From an uncultured delta proteobacterium (GTDB lineage: Bacteria > Myxococcota > Myxococcia > Myxococcales > Anaeromyxobacteraceae), in contig CAWHDZ010000018.1 in assembly GCA_963828255.1 (NCBI GenBank), positions 72,638 through 136,637 of the forward strand: 64,000 nucleotides of DNA, read 5' to 3'. Made by a program: the position numbers and the translations under genes. This document shows, piece by piece, positions 9,546 through 18,854 of the stretch. Each line of letters opens with the position of its first letter. The stretch's first letter is position 1. Below the pieces are notes generated by a model that ran no database searches, had not been told where the DNA came from, and was given only the letters and a program-made list of their open reading frames with translations.

Positions 9546-9767
9546 ATGAGCGGCATCCGGACGGGACGGTCGCGGGGCGAGAAGATGAGCCTGTACATCC
9601 CTGGCGAGGTCCTCGCGGACATCCGGGCAGAAGCCCGCCGGCAGCAGCGAAGCGTGTCCTGGCTGATCCGTCAGGCATGGCGGCTCGCGCGGAAAGGCAT
9701 GGATGCCCTTCCGGCAGCGCAGGAATGGAACCCCGAAGAGGGCCCTGGCGCCCTGCCGAACTCCTAG
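9546..9767 (+). CDS. Myxobacterial small ribbon-helix-helix protein (TIGR04563-like)
   Basis: KMSLYIPGEVLADIRAEARRQQRSVSWLIRQAWRLAR; GGAG RBS upstream. Confidence 0.75.
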   Translation: MSGIRTGRSRGEKMSLYIPGEVLADIRAEARRQQRSVSWLIRQAWRLARKGMDALPAAQEWNPEEGPGALPNS

Positions 9768-9795
9768 GGAGCAACAGCGGTGCGGCCCCAGGCCC

Positions 9796-10287
9796 GTGCT
9801 AACGTTTCCCTTCGTGCACTCCCGGGGCACAGGCGGACGCGACGACGCGGGGTCCTCGCCGAAGCGCACGGGCCTCGAGGCCCGGATCGCCGATGCCCTG
9901 GTGACACGCCTCGTCGAGTCGCGGTTCTCCGAGGCGCTCATGGAGCAGATCCTCCAGGCGCTCACCGAGAGCCGCGACGTCGAGAAGCTGGTCGTCCACC
10001 TGCTCGAGCAGCCAGACGTGAGCGGCGCCGTCGATGCGCTGGTGGACCGGCAGCTCGGGCGGGTGATCGAGTCGCTGCGGGACAGCGAGGCACTCCGCGA
10101 GCTGGTGCGCGAGCAGGTCGACCTCTACCTGAGGCACCTCACCGAGAATCCGGAGGCCGTCCGGCAGCTCATCCAGGACCAGAGCCGCGGGATGGTCCGC
10201 GAGGTCCAGGCCACCCTGCGCGCCCGCGCGTACCTCGCCGACGACGCGGTCGACGCCTGGGTCCACCGCGTGCTGGGGCGACCGTGA
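9796..10287 (+). CDS. Hypothetical helical protein, start uncertain
   Basis: ORF 9703..10287 gives an amphipathic helical sequence; its stop overlaps the next GTG start. Confidence 0.6.
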   Translation: MLTFPFVHSRGTGGRDDAGSSPKRTGLEARIADALVTRLVESRFSEALMEQILQALTESRDVEKLVVHLLEQPDVSGAVDALVDRQLGRVIESLRDSEALRELVREQVDLYLRHLTENPEAVRQLIQDQSRGMVREVQATLRARAYLADDAVDAWVHRVLGRP

Positions 10288-10793
10288 CGCTGCGCTACGC
10301 CGGCCCGGTGAGTCGCGGGGGCGGCCGGGCCCTCGACATGGTCTCGCTCGCCGTCCTCGTCGCCGGTACGGGATGGCTCGCGCAGCAGTTCCTCGGGATC
10401 GACCCGGAACACTGTCCCCCTGCGACCGCGTGGTGGCACCTGCGGGCGCACCTGTGCGGCTTCATGCCCTACGCCATCCCGGTGGCCGGGGTGGTCATCC
10501 CGCCCACGTACCGCATCCTCTTCTACGCCCTCGCCGGGCAGACTCCGGGCATGGCGGTGATGGGCCTGCGGCTGCGGCGGTCGGACGGCCGGAAGGTGGG
10601 CATCCGGCAGGCCGTGAAGCGCGTCCTGACCTTCTACGCCACGCTCGGCTTCGGTTCCTTCCTCATCCCCGTGACGGCGCGGCGGCGGGCGCTGCACGAC
10701 ATCGTGGCCGGGACGGTGGTCGTCTACGATTGGGGTGAACACGAGCTCGACTTCCGGCGCGCCCTGGAGCAGCTGCGGTCGACCGATCCGTGA
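10284..10793 (+). CDS. RDD family membrane protein
   Basis: GQTPGMAVMGLR and RRRALHDIVAGTVVV; hydrophobic segments. Confidence 0.8.
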   Translation: MTLRYAGPVSRGGGRALDMVSLAVLVAGTGWLAQQFLGIDPEHCPPATAWWHLRAHLCGFMPYAIPVAGVVIPPTYRILFYALAGQTPGMAVMGLRLRRSDGRKVGIRQAVKRVLTFYATLGFGSFLIPVTARRRALHDIVAGTVVVYDWGEHELDFRRALEQLRSTDP

Positions 10794-10806
10794 TCCGGCT
10801 GCCCGC

Positions 10807-12012
10807 TCACCCCTCGCTGGTCATGATGAACAAGGGCGTCATCTCGAAGCTCTTGTAGTGCGGCCGGTACCGGTCGGCGTTGTAGAACCGGTCGACGTTC
10901 ACGACCTTCTTGGTGCTCGTCACGATGTCGAGCGGGATGTTGTCGTACCGGCCGTTCTTCAGCACCACCAGGCGGCCGTGGATTCCGGCGAGCAGCAGGT
11001 CGAGCGCGAGGTTGCCGTAGGCCATCGGCACGATGGAGTCGACCGCGTCCGGATCGCCGCCGCGCACCAGGTAGCCCAGCTTCTGGTTGATGATGTGAAC
11101 TTCCTTGCCCTTGTTGTGCTGCGCGGTGCGCTTCTGGATCTCGGCCGAGACCAGGTCCCCGATGCCGCCGAGCTTGGCGTGGCCGAAGGCGTCGGTGGTG
11201 CTGCTCTGGAACACCATCTCGCCGCCCTCGTACATCGAGCCCTCCGAGACCAGGCAGATGGCGTACTTGCTGGGATTTCGGGCGCGGTCGTACATCAGCA
11301 GCTCGGCGAGCCGGTCCATGTCGAACTTGTACTCGGGGATCACGCAGCGGTTCGCGGCGCCCGCCATCGTGGGCAGCATCGCCGTGAAGCCCGCGTAGCG
11401 GCCGAACACCTCCAGCACGAGCAACCGCTCGTGGGATCCCGCCGACGTGCGCAGCCGGTTGGCCATCTCGATGGTGCGCGTGACGCAGGTGCTGAACCCG
11501 ATGCAGTAGTCGGTCCCGGGAACGTCGTTGTCCATCGTCTTCGGGATCGCGATGACCTTGACGCCCTCCTTGTACAGGCGCACGCCGTAGCTGAGCGTGT
11601 CGTCGCCGCCGATCGGGATGAGGTAGTCGACACCGAGCCAGTCGAGGTTCTTGAGGACCTCCGGCGTCAGGTCGTTCGTCTTCCCCCTGTACCGATCCTT
11701 CAGGTGCTCGGGCACCCCATCGGCCTTCACCGCGCTGGGGCGGGTTCGCGACGTGTGCAGGAACGTGCCGCCCGTGCGCCCGGCCCGGTTGACGATCTCC
11801 TCGGTCAGGTTCTGGAAGTTGTCGCTGTTGTCGTGATCGTGCTCGCGCACGATGTCGATCGCGCCCGCCCAGCCGCGTCTCAGCCCGATGACCTCCCAGC
11901 CCTCCCGCAACGCCCGGATCGTCACGGCGCGGATGGCCGGATTCAGGCCGGGCACGTCGCCGCCCCCGGTCAGGATGGCGATCCGCTTCTTGCCGGTGTT
12001 CACGTTGGCCAT
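10807..12012 (-). CDS. 6-phosphofructokinase, PfkA family, with PPi-type signature
   Basis: ILTGGGDVPGLN, GGTFLHTSRT, GGDDT, IPKTMDND and EVFGR. Confidence 0.9.
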   Translation of the reverse strand: MANVNTGKKRIAILTGGGDVPGLNPAIRAVTIRALREGWEVIGLRRGWAGAIDIVREHDHDNSDNFQNLTEEIVNRAGRTGGTFLHTSRTRPSAVKADGVPEHLKDRYRGKTNDLTPEVLKNLDWLGVDYLIPIGGDDTLSYGVRLYKEGVKVIAIPKTMDNDVPGTDYCIGFSTCVTRTIEMANRLRTSAGSHERLLVLEVFGRYAGFTAMLPTMAGAANRCVIPEYKFDMDRLAELLMYDRARNPSKYAICLVSEGSMYEGGEMVFQSSTTDAFGHAKLGGIGDLVSAEIQKRTAQHNKGKEVHIINQKLGYLVRGGDPDAVDSIVPMAYGNLALDLLLAGIHGRLVVLKNGRYDNIPLDIVTSTKKVVNVDRFYNADRYRPHYKSFEMTPLFIMTSEG

Positions 12013-12322
12013 GATGGGTTCCTCCCGTCGGACCGGTCCAGCTTACTCCCAATGGCCCGACGGGGAGGGTTTCCGGCTCATCCTCGGCCCGTTCCTCCCT
12101 GGCGTCGGGGCGGTACGAGTTGACCATTCGTGAACCGACGCTCCCGAAGGGCAAGCAGCCGCCCCGGTCGGAATCTGCTCGGCGCGAGGGCGCGGGTGAT
12201 CGGCTCGAAAGAGCGGGGTCGGATGCAAATTGGCCACGCAATGGCCAGGCGGCGTGGGCGCAGATGGTTCTCCCCGGCCTGACGGAGGAAGGGACTCGAA
12301 GGACGCGAACGTGATTCCGGAG

Positions 12323-12420
12323 ACGGTTCGACGGACCTCGCCGCACACCTCGATGATGTCCTCGGCGAAGAGGCGCCAGTCCTGCGTGACGAGGTCCACC
12401 TTCCGGCCCAGGAGGTCAGG
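12323..12420 (-). pseudogene. Collapsed remnant of an MNT-HEPN toxin-antitoxin pair
   Basis: DLLGRKVDLVT (MNT C-terminal motif) joined directly to QDWRLFAEDIIE (HEPN N-terminal-like). Confidence 0.5.
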
Positions 12421-12447
12421 CACCGTGGACGGGAAGCGTGCCGGCAT

Positions 12448-12951
12448 TCATCCCTCCCCAGACGAGAAGCTGCCAGCGCCCGCCAGCACGAGGAACTGAT
12501 CCTGCTGTCCGGGCGCGAAGAGGTACGCCGTCGCCGAGAGTTGCCAGAAGGAGACCCCGATCAGAGGGCCGCCCTGCACCTCGGTCGAGGCCTGGAAGGC
12601 CCGGGGCCGCTGCAACACCACTCCGACACGGAGCCATTCGGGCCCCGTGACGCTGAACTCGGTCCAGTCGTAGAAGAAGCCCTGGGACGAATCGGCCAGG
12701 TCGAACACGTACGCGCTCTGGGACCAGAGCGCGAGCGGGCCCCACTCGAGCGTGAAGGAAAGGTTCCAGCCGATCCAGGCCGATCCGGCATTGCGCGCCT
12801 CGTAGTCGTATCGCGCTCCCAGGTGAAGGGATCCACGGTCCACCGTCAGGGTCGGTTGCAGGTAGTCCCTCTCGTCGCGGAGGACGTACCACAGGACGGA
12901 GGGACCCCATTCCCAAGCAGGCGCGTCCGCCGAGTTCGCAAGACCCGTCAT
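12448..12951 (-). pseudogene. Outer-membrane beta-barrel-like protein, probably truncated or internally deleted
   Basis: Aromatic-rich alternating beta-strand sequence with no intact signal peptide. Confidence 0.45.
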
Positions 12952-13260
12952 GCTGTCACGACGGCGAGCAGGACGTTCACACGATGCTCGTCGCCGCCCT
13001 GACCTGCAACCTGGCCTGGGGCCTCGTCGATGGCGTCATGTACGTCCTCACCTCGGTCGCCGAACGGGCGCGCCGGGTGGCCGTCTTGCTGGGGATCCGC
13101 GCCGCCGATCCAGTGGCGTGCTGGTGGTGCTCGCCACCCTCCCCCCGACCATTCCGTTCATGCTCGTCGCCGATGCCCAGCGTGCGCTCCGGATCTCCAA
13201 CGGGGTGGCCGTGGCCAGCCTCTTCCTCGCGGGCTTCTGGCTGGGACGGGCCACCCGGTC
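12945..13260 (+). pseudogene. VIT1/CCC1-like membrane protein remnant
   Basis: AALTCNLAWGLVDGVMY in one frame and LATLPPTIPF...ALRISNGVAVASLFLAG in another; middle missing. Confidence 0.5.
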
Positions 13261-14587
13261 ACCAGTCGAAGAAGTAGGCGAGCCCCATCCCGACCTCGTA
13301 CTTGTAGAACTGGGCCGCCGCCGCCTGCGTGAGCGTGGCCTGGTACCACGCGGAGATCGACAGGGATTTCTGACGGTCGACGAAGAAGCCCGCCATGCCC
13401 TTCATGAGGGGGATGAAGGTCCCGGTGGCGAAGTTCCATCCCAGCCGCGTGTCGAGCGCGACGAACGACCTGCCGGGGAGGTTGGCCACCAGGATGGGCT
13501 CCAGCACGAGCAGGTTCAGCTCCGGGTAGGTCTCGCTTCCGCCCAGGGAGCGAAACCACTGGACCTGCGTCGTGATCGAGAACCACCGGGTCAGCGCGAT
13601 CCCGATCGCGTAGGAGGGCACGAGCGCCCACGGGCCCCCGATGACGGGCGTGGAGGCCGTCTCGATCTGCAGCCCGAGCGCCAGGAACTGCCGGACGCCC
13701 TTGCCGCTCATGAAGTTCCAGGCGAAGGCCGTGGAGACGGCTCCCAGGCCGAACTGGGTCGGTGCGTCGGCCGCGTAGGGAAAGAGCGCGGTGACGGGGA
13801 CCTTGAACTGGAGGGCGAACTCGCTCGAACTGCCGAAGACGAACTGCGGATTGAAGAGCATCCGGCCGGCGTTGCCCTTCCCGCCCAGCGACTGGAAGCT
13901 GTCCACCTGGAGGAGCACCTGGCTCCGGGAGAAGGCCACCGAGTCGAGCCCCTGGAGGATCTCGAGCGCCTCCCGGACCCGGTCCCGGCTCCCCATCTCC
14001 TCGACGGTCTCGGCGACCGCCGCTGCCTCGGCGACGACCTGGAAGTCGGTGGCCCTGCACTCCGGAGAGATGCGCGCCTCGTTGGCCTCGACGCACTCGA
14101 GTAGCGGGCCTGCCTGCTGCGGGACGTCGCTGCAGAGCCTCGCGAGGTCCTTCGTGCATGCACTGCGGAAGGCCTCCAGCCGTTCGCGCGCCACCCCGAT
14201 GCGTTCCACCTCCCCCTGGCAGGCGCGGGAGACCTCCAGCTGGTGCCGGCTCAGGCAGGCCAGCACCCTGCCCCCGCCCGGCTCCACGGCCGCGCAGTAC
14301 TGGTCCAGGTCGGTCTTGCACGCCTGGAGGAAGTCCCGGACGAACCTCCTCGCAGACACATCGTCGGCCTCGAGCTTGGCCCGGCAGGCCTCCCCGAGAG
14401 CGTCCTGGTTCGCCTTGAGACACTTCCGCACGGCCCCCTTGCCGAGACCGAAGCCGGGGCAGAGGCGAACGATGTCGTCCATGCAAGGATCCGCGGCCAT
14501 GGCCGGGGAGGCGAAGGCGGCGAGCAGGAGGACGGCGGCTGCGGCGGCGCGAACTCCGGCGCGCCCGGGGAATCGAGTCTCCTTCAC
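13259..14587 (-). CDS. Secreted protein with Cys-rich repeats fused to a C-terminal beta-barrel-like domain
   Basis: Signal peptide; three C-x2-D-x3-(L/Y)C...CL/V repeats; ends GMGLAYFFDW. Confidence 0.75.
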   Translation of the reverse strand: MKETRFPGRAGVRAAAAAVLLLAAFASPAMAADPCMDDIVRLCPGFGLGKGAVRKCLKANQDALGEACRAKLEADDVSARRFVRDFLQACKTDLDQYCAAVEPGGGRVLACLSRHQLEVSRACQGEVERIGVARERLEAFRSACTKDLARLCSDVPQQAGPLLECVEANEARISPECRATDFQVVAEAAAVAETVEEMGSRDRVREALEILQGLDSVAFSRSQVLLQVDSFQSLGGKGNAGRMLFNPQFVFGSSSEFALQFKVPVTALFPYAADAPTQFGLGAVSTAFAWNFMSGKGVRQFLALGLQIETASTPVIGGPWALVPSYAIGIALTRWFSITTQVQWFRSLGGSETYPELNLLVLEPILVANLPGRSFVALDTRLGWNFATGTFIPLMKGMAGFFVDRQKSLSISAWYQATLTQAAAAQFYKYEVGMGLAYFFDW

Positions 14588-16021
14588 CGGTCCTCCTCGA
14601 ACACCGCCTTCACGGTGCCCTTGCGAACCGCGCGCTCGAGGGCGGCGTGGTCCTTCTCGTTCTGGTCGGCGTAGGCCATGGAGAAGGCCGCGATGGCCTC
14701 GTCGAAGACCTCGCTCTTCCCCATGTAGCCGCTCAGCACCGCGGAAAGCCCGGACCGGGCATGGGAAAGCGCCAGGGCCTTGCCGCACCAGCTCGCGTAG
14801 AGGTCCATCAGGGTCTCGTCGAAGGTCTCCACCCGGACGCTGACCTTGATGTCCCGGAGCTGACGCACGAAGAAGTCGCGTTCCGGCCCCGCGTCCAACC
14901 GAGGAACATGTCGCTCGCCGGCTGCATGCGCCGATAACCGTCCACCACGCGCTGGCCGTGGTTCGGAAAGATGGTCTTTCCCGCATAGCGCTCCAGGACG
15001 GAAGGCCGTGCCTCCTTGACCTGGAGGAAGAGTGGATCGCCCTCTCCGGCCATGAAGAGCAGCACCCAGCAGGCGGTCCCCACGCTGCCGATCCCGACGA
15101 CCTTGATGGCGGCGTCCCGGAGCTCGTAGCGGTCGAACAGGGATTGATACGCGGAAGGGAGCGTGGCGCGGTAGCCAGCGATGGCGTCCCGCACGGCCTG
15201 CTGGATGTCGCCGGGGGGGTGATCCTTATGGTGGAAGATGGTCGGGAGCTGGTCCCGGATGAGAGGCATCTCGCCCTTCTGCTCGACGAGCTTCGGGAAG
15301 ATCTCCTCGGCCCTGCTCTTACCCCGCTCCTTCTCCAGCCGGTCGACGACCCGCCTGTGCACCACCGGGTCCTTGATGGTGCGCAGCAGGTCACGCGCCT
15401 CCACCGACTCGTACCAGAGCTCGAGGGTCCCGAGCTTGCTGTACCCGGCCATGACCTCGCGGTAGGTCCGCACGCAGGTGGTGACGACGCCCTTGGCCGC
15501 CGCGTCCTTCAGGCCGTTGTCCCGGCACGCCACGACGAAGCTCGCCGCCAGGCGCTTCACGTCCCATTCCCACGGCGCCGGCAGCGTCTCGTCGAGGTCG
15601 TTGATGGAGAAGATGACCCTCCGCTCCGGGGTGGCGAACCCGCCGAAGTTGGAGAGGTGCGCATCCCCGCAGCACTGGACGTGGATCCCGGACGCCGGCG
15701 TGGAGGCCAGGTCGGCCGCCATCGGGAGGGCCGAACCGCGATAGAACGTGAACGCCGAGCGGACCATGCGGCCGTGACGGAGGGGGAGCAGTTCCGGCAT
15801 CCGGCCCTTCTCCGCCGCCAGCACCATCTCGATGGGGTCCCGCGGCCGGCGGGCGGCTTCCAGACGCCGTGCGACTCCCGGGGCAGACCTTCCGCAGGGC
15901 CTTGCCCTCGGCATACCGCTCCTCTTGCGACAGGTCCAGGTGCGGTCGCGGCGGACCTTCGACACCGGGACGTCCTGCTTCGTCGGGGCTTCGCGTCGCC
16001 GTTCTTCTTCGTCTGCGCCAT
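14584..16021 (-). pseudogene. DUF2252 family protein with several frameshifts
   Basis: LRHGRMVRSAFTFYRGSA, CGDAHLSNFG, INDLDET, KVVGIGSVGT, LQVKEA and DFFVRQLRD split across frames (shifts near 14890 and 15840-15990). Confidence 0.8.
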
Positions 16022-16044
16022 CGGGAGAACTCCCTTCGCCGGAT

Positions 16045-17793
16045 TCAGGCACTTCGTGTGCTGCGCTGGAATTCGTCGACGACGTCGGCCACCGAGACCC
16101 TGCGGTCGATGGGTCCGACGTGCTCCTCCAGCTTCTCCGCGCGCAGGATGTCCCGGACCGCGGCGCGCGCCTCGACGAGCCGAAGCTTCGCCCCCGTCTC
16201 CGTCAGGGCGGACTGCATGGCGTCGAGCATGCGCACCCCGGCGAGGTCGACCATGGGGGAGGACGAGAGGTCGAGCACGACCACCCCCGGCGGCTCGGTG
16301 CAGGAGCGGATCTTCCCCCAGACGGTGTCCTGGACGTGCTCGGCGTTGAAGTACAGGATGGAGGCCTCGACGCGGACCACCAGCGCGCCCGGAACCTCCT
16401 CGTTGTCGGGGTTGCGCTCCAGGTCGGAGAAGACCCTGGTTCCTGGGATACGCCCGAGGAACGCGACGTTGGGGCGGGCTGCGCGCCGGATGAGCAGCAG
16501 GAGGGAGACCAGGACCGCCACCATCACGCCCTGGAGGATGCCGAGCAGCAACACCGCGGCGAATGCGACCATCGACACCACGAACTCGTAGCGGCTCACC
16601 CGCCAGACGTGGCGCAGCTCGCGGACGTCGACGAGCCCCTTCACGGCGACCAGCACGATGGCCGCGAGCACGACGGTGGGCAGGTTGGCGAGCATCCCCG
16701 TCAGGAACATCAGACACAGCCCGATGGTCACCGAGGCGAAGACCAGGGCCAGCGGCGTCCGGGCGCCCGCCTTGTCGTTCACCGAGGACTGCGACAGGCC
16801 GCCGGCCACCGGATAGGAGAGGAACAGCGCCGCCGCCAGGTTCGCGGCGCCCAGCCCGAGCAGTTCCTGGCGCGGATCGACCTCCTCGCGATGCGCCTGC
16901 GCCAGCGCCCGGGCCGCGGAGACGCTCTCCACGTAGGCGAGCAGCATGCAGGCGAACGCCAGCGGGACCACCCCCTCCACGTCCCGAAGCCTCAATGCCG
17001 GCAGGTGAAAGCCGGGCAGGCCCTGTGGCAGCGCGCCGACGATCTTGAAGCCGAGGTCTCCCAGCGAGGTCACCGACAGCAGGACGATGGAGACCGCGAC
17101 CACGAGCAGGGCGATCGGTCGCCCCGGCAGGAACTTCTCCCCCAGCAGGAGGACGGCGAGCGCGGCAAGGCCGAATCCCAGCACCGGGAGGCTGGTGTCG
17201 GGGAGCTGGGCCCAGAGGATCCCGGTGCGCTCGAAGAAGCTCTCCCCGCCGCCCTTCACGCCGAAGAGCTTGGGGAGCTGCGTCATCGCGATCGTGAGCG
17301 CCGCCCCGGCCTTGAATCCGAGGAGGATGGTCTCGCTGATGAAGTTCACGAGCGAGCTCAGGCGCAGGAGCCACGCCAGCAGGCACATGGCGGCGATCAC
17401 CAGGGCGGTCAGCGCCGCGATGTCGGCCCACCGGGCCGGATCGCCCCCCGCCATGCCTGCGACCGTGGCGCCGACGAGCATCGAGATCGCGGAGGTGGGA
17501 CCGATGGCGAGCTGGCGGGACGAACCGAGGAGCGCGTAGGCGAGGCCCCCCGCCAGGTAGCCGTAGATGCCGTACTGCGGCGGCAACCCGGCCAGCGAGG
17601 CGTAGGCGAGCGACACGGGGATGCCGTAGGCGGCCAGCGTCACGCCGGCGATGGCGTCATTGGTCAGCCACCGCGGCTGGTACGAAGCAAGCCACCGGGC
17701 CGGAGGGAAGACCGCGCGCCAGCCTGCGACGAGCCCCTCGCCCCCGGGTCCCTGCCTCGCCTGTGCCTCGCCAGGCGCGCGTCCTCGCGCCAT
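16045..17793 (-). CDS. SulP family anion permease with STAS domain
   Basis: DAIAGVTLA, LAYASLAGLPPQYG, GSSRQLAIGP, QELLGLG and VLDLSSSPMVD. Confidence 0.92.
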   Translation of the reverse strand: MARGRAPGEAQARQGPGGEGLVAGWRAVFPPARWLASYQPRWLTNDAIAGVTLAAYGIPVSLAYASLAGLPPQYGIYGYLAGGLAYALLGSSRQLAIGPTSAISMLVGATVAGMAGGDPARWADIAALTALVIAAMCLLAWLLRLSSLVNFISETILLGFKAGAALTIAMTQLPKLFGVKGGGESFFERTGILWAQLPDTSLPVLGFGLAALAVLLLGEKFLPGRPIALLVVAVSIVLLSVTSLGDLGFKIVGALPQGLPGFHLPALRLRDVEGVVPLAFACMLLAYVESVSAARALAQAHREEVDPRQELLGLGAANLAAALFLSYPVAGGLSQSSVNDKAGARTPLALVFASVTIGLCLMFLTGMLANLPTVVLAAIVLVAVKGLVDVRELRHVWRVSRYEFVVSMVAFAAVLLLGILQGVMVAVLVSLLLLIRRAARPNVAFLGRIPGTRVFSDLERNPDNEEVPGALVVRVEASILYFNAEHVQDTVWGKIRSCTEPPGVVVLDLSSSPMVDLAGVRMLDAMQSALTETGAKLRLVEARAAVRDILRAEKLEEHVGPIDRRVSVADVVDEFQRSTRSA

Positions 17794-17795
17794 CG

Positions 17796-18827
17796 CTAGT
17801 TCCAGTAGTACCGGAAGTTCACCCAGGCGAGCGTGGCCGTCGAGGTCTGCTGGGTCTCGAGCGTGCTCCACTTCCAGTCGATCTCGACGCCCAGGGCCAG
17901 GTTCGGACGGCCGGTGTAGTAGAACCCGAAGCCCGCCTCGTTGGCGGTCGGAACCTTGTTGCCGCCGACCCCGCTGGTGAGCTGGTAGGCCACGTTCACG
18001 CCAAGCGGCAGCCACCGCACGAGCGGCAGGAAGTCGAACTCCCCGGCCCCCGCGAAGGTCATGCCGTTCTGCGCGATGGAGGCGTCCCCGGTCTTGGTCG
18101 GCGCGATGAACTGCACGTTCCCGGTGAATCCCAGGTACGGGGTGGGCGCCCAGGACCCCGAGAGCCCTCCGAGCCAGGTCACCGTGTTGATGGTCTGGAA
18201 TCCCGAGCCGAGGTCGATGGTGCACTGGGACGGGTTGGCCCTGCAGTTGTTCAGGGCGTCGACGAGCCCGTTCACGAGGAGGAGGGAGTAGACCGGCCCG
18301 TAGCTCACGTCGAGGGTCGCCGCGAACCGCCAGTTGTCCCCCACGGGGAGGCTGCCCTTCACGCCCACCGCGCCGGTGATCCGCGCCGAGGTGCCGATCG
18401 TGAGCGCCGCGCCGCTGCCGGTGCCGAGATAGGCGGTCGTGTTGAGCAGGGCCCGCGCCGAGAGGTACTCGAGGATCCGGACGTTCATGAGCATTCCGAG
18501 CCCGAGCCCGGTGTAGCCGTACCACTTCTCCCCGATGATGGCGGGTGGCAGGAGCTGGACCTCCGGGCCGAGGGCATTCCCCGACCCCAGGCCGAAGAAC
18601 ATGGCGAAGGCCGTGTAGGAGAACGGGTCCTCGATGATGTGCGAGGGCATGAAGAGGTGCCCGTTCAGCTCGCGACCCAGCTTTTCGGCGGGCGCAGGTG
18701 CGGTTGCCGTGGTGGCAGAGGGAGCGGCTCGGGTGGGGACGGTTTCCTGCGCCTGGGCCGTCGGAGCGGAGAACACGAGGGCGACGGCTACCAGGGACAT
18801 CGAGATCTTCGGGTGGAAAGCGTTCAC
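17796..18827 (-). CDS. Hypothetical secreted or outer-membrane protein
   Basis: Signal peptide; beta-strand pattern; aromatic C-terminus NFRYYWN. Confidence 0.75.
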   Translation of the reverse strand: MNAFHPKISMSLVAVALVFSAPTAQAQETVPTRAAPSATTATAPAPAEKLGRELNGHLFMPSHIIEDPFSYTAFAMFFGLGSGNALGPEVQLLPPAIIGEKWYGYTGLGLGMLMNVRILEYLSARALLNTTAYLGTGSGAALTIGTSARITGAVGVKGSLPVGDNWRFAATLDVSYGPVYSLLLVNGLVDALNNCRANPSQCTIDLGSGFQTINTVTWLGGLSGSWAPTPYLGFTGNVQFIAPTKTGDASIAQNGMTFAGAGEFDFLPLVRWLPLGVNVAYQLTSGVGGNKVPTANEAGFGFYYTGRPNLALGVEIDWKWSTLETQQTSTATLAWVNFRYYWN

Positions 18828-18854
18828 GGTTTCTCCTGGTGTGGATGGTGTTGA

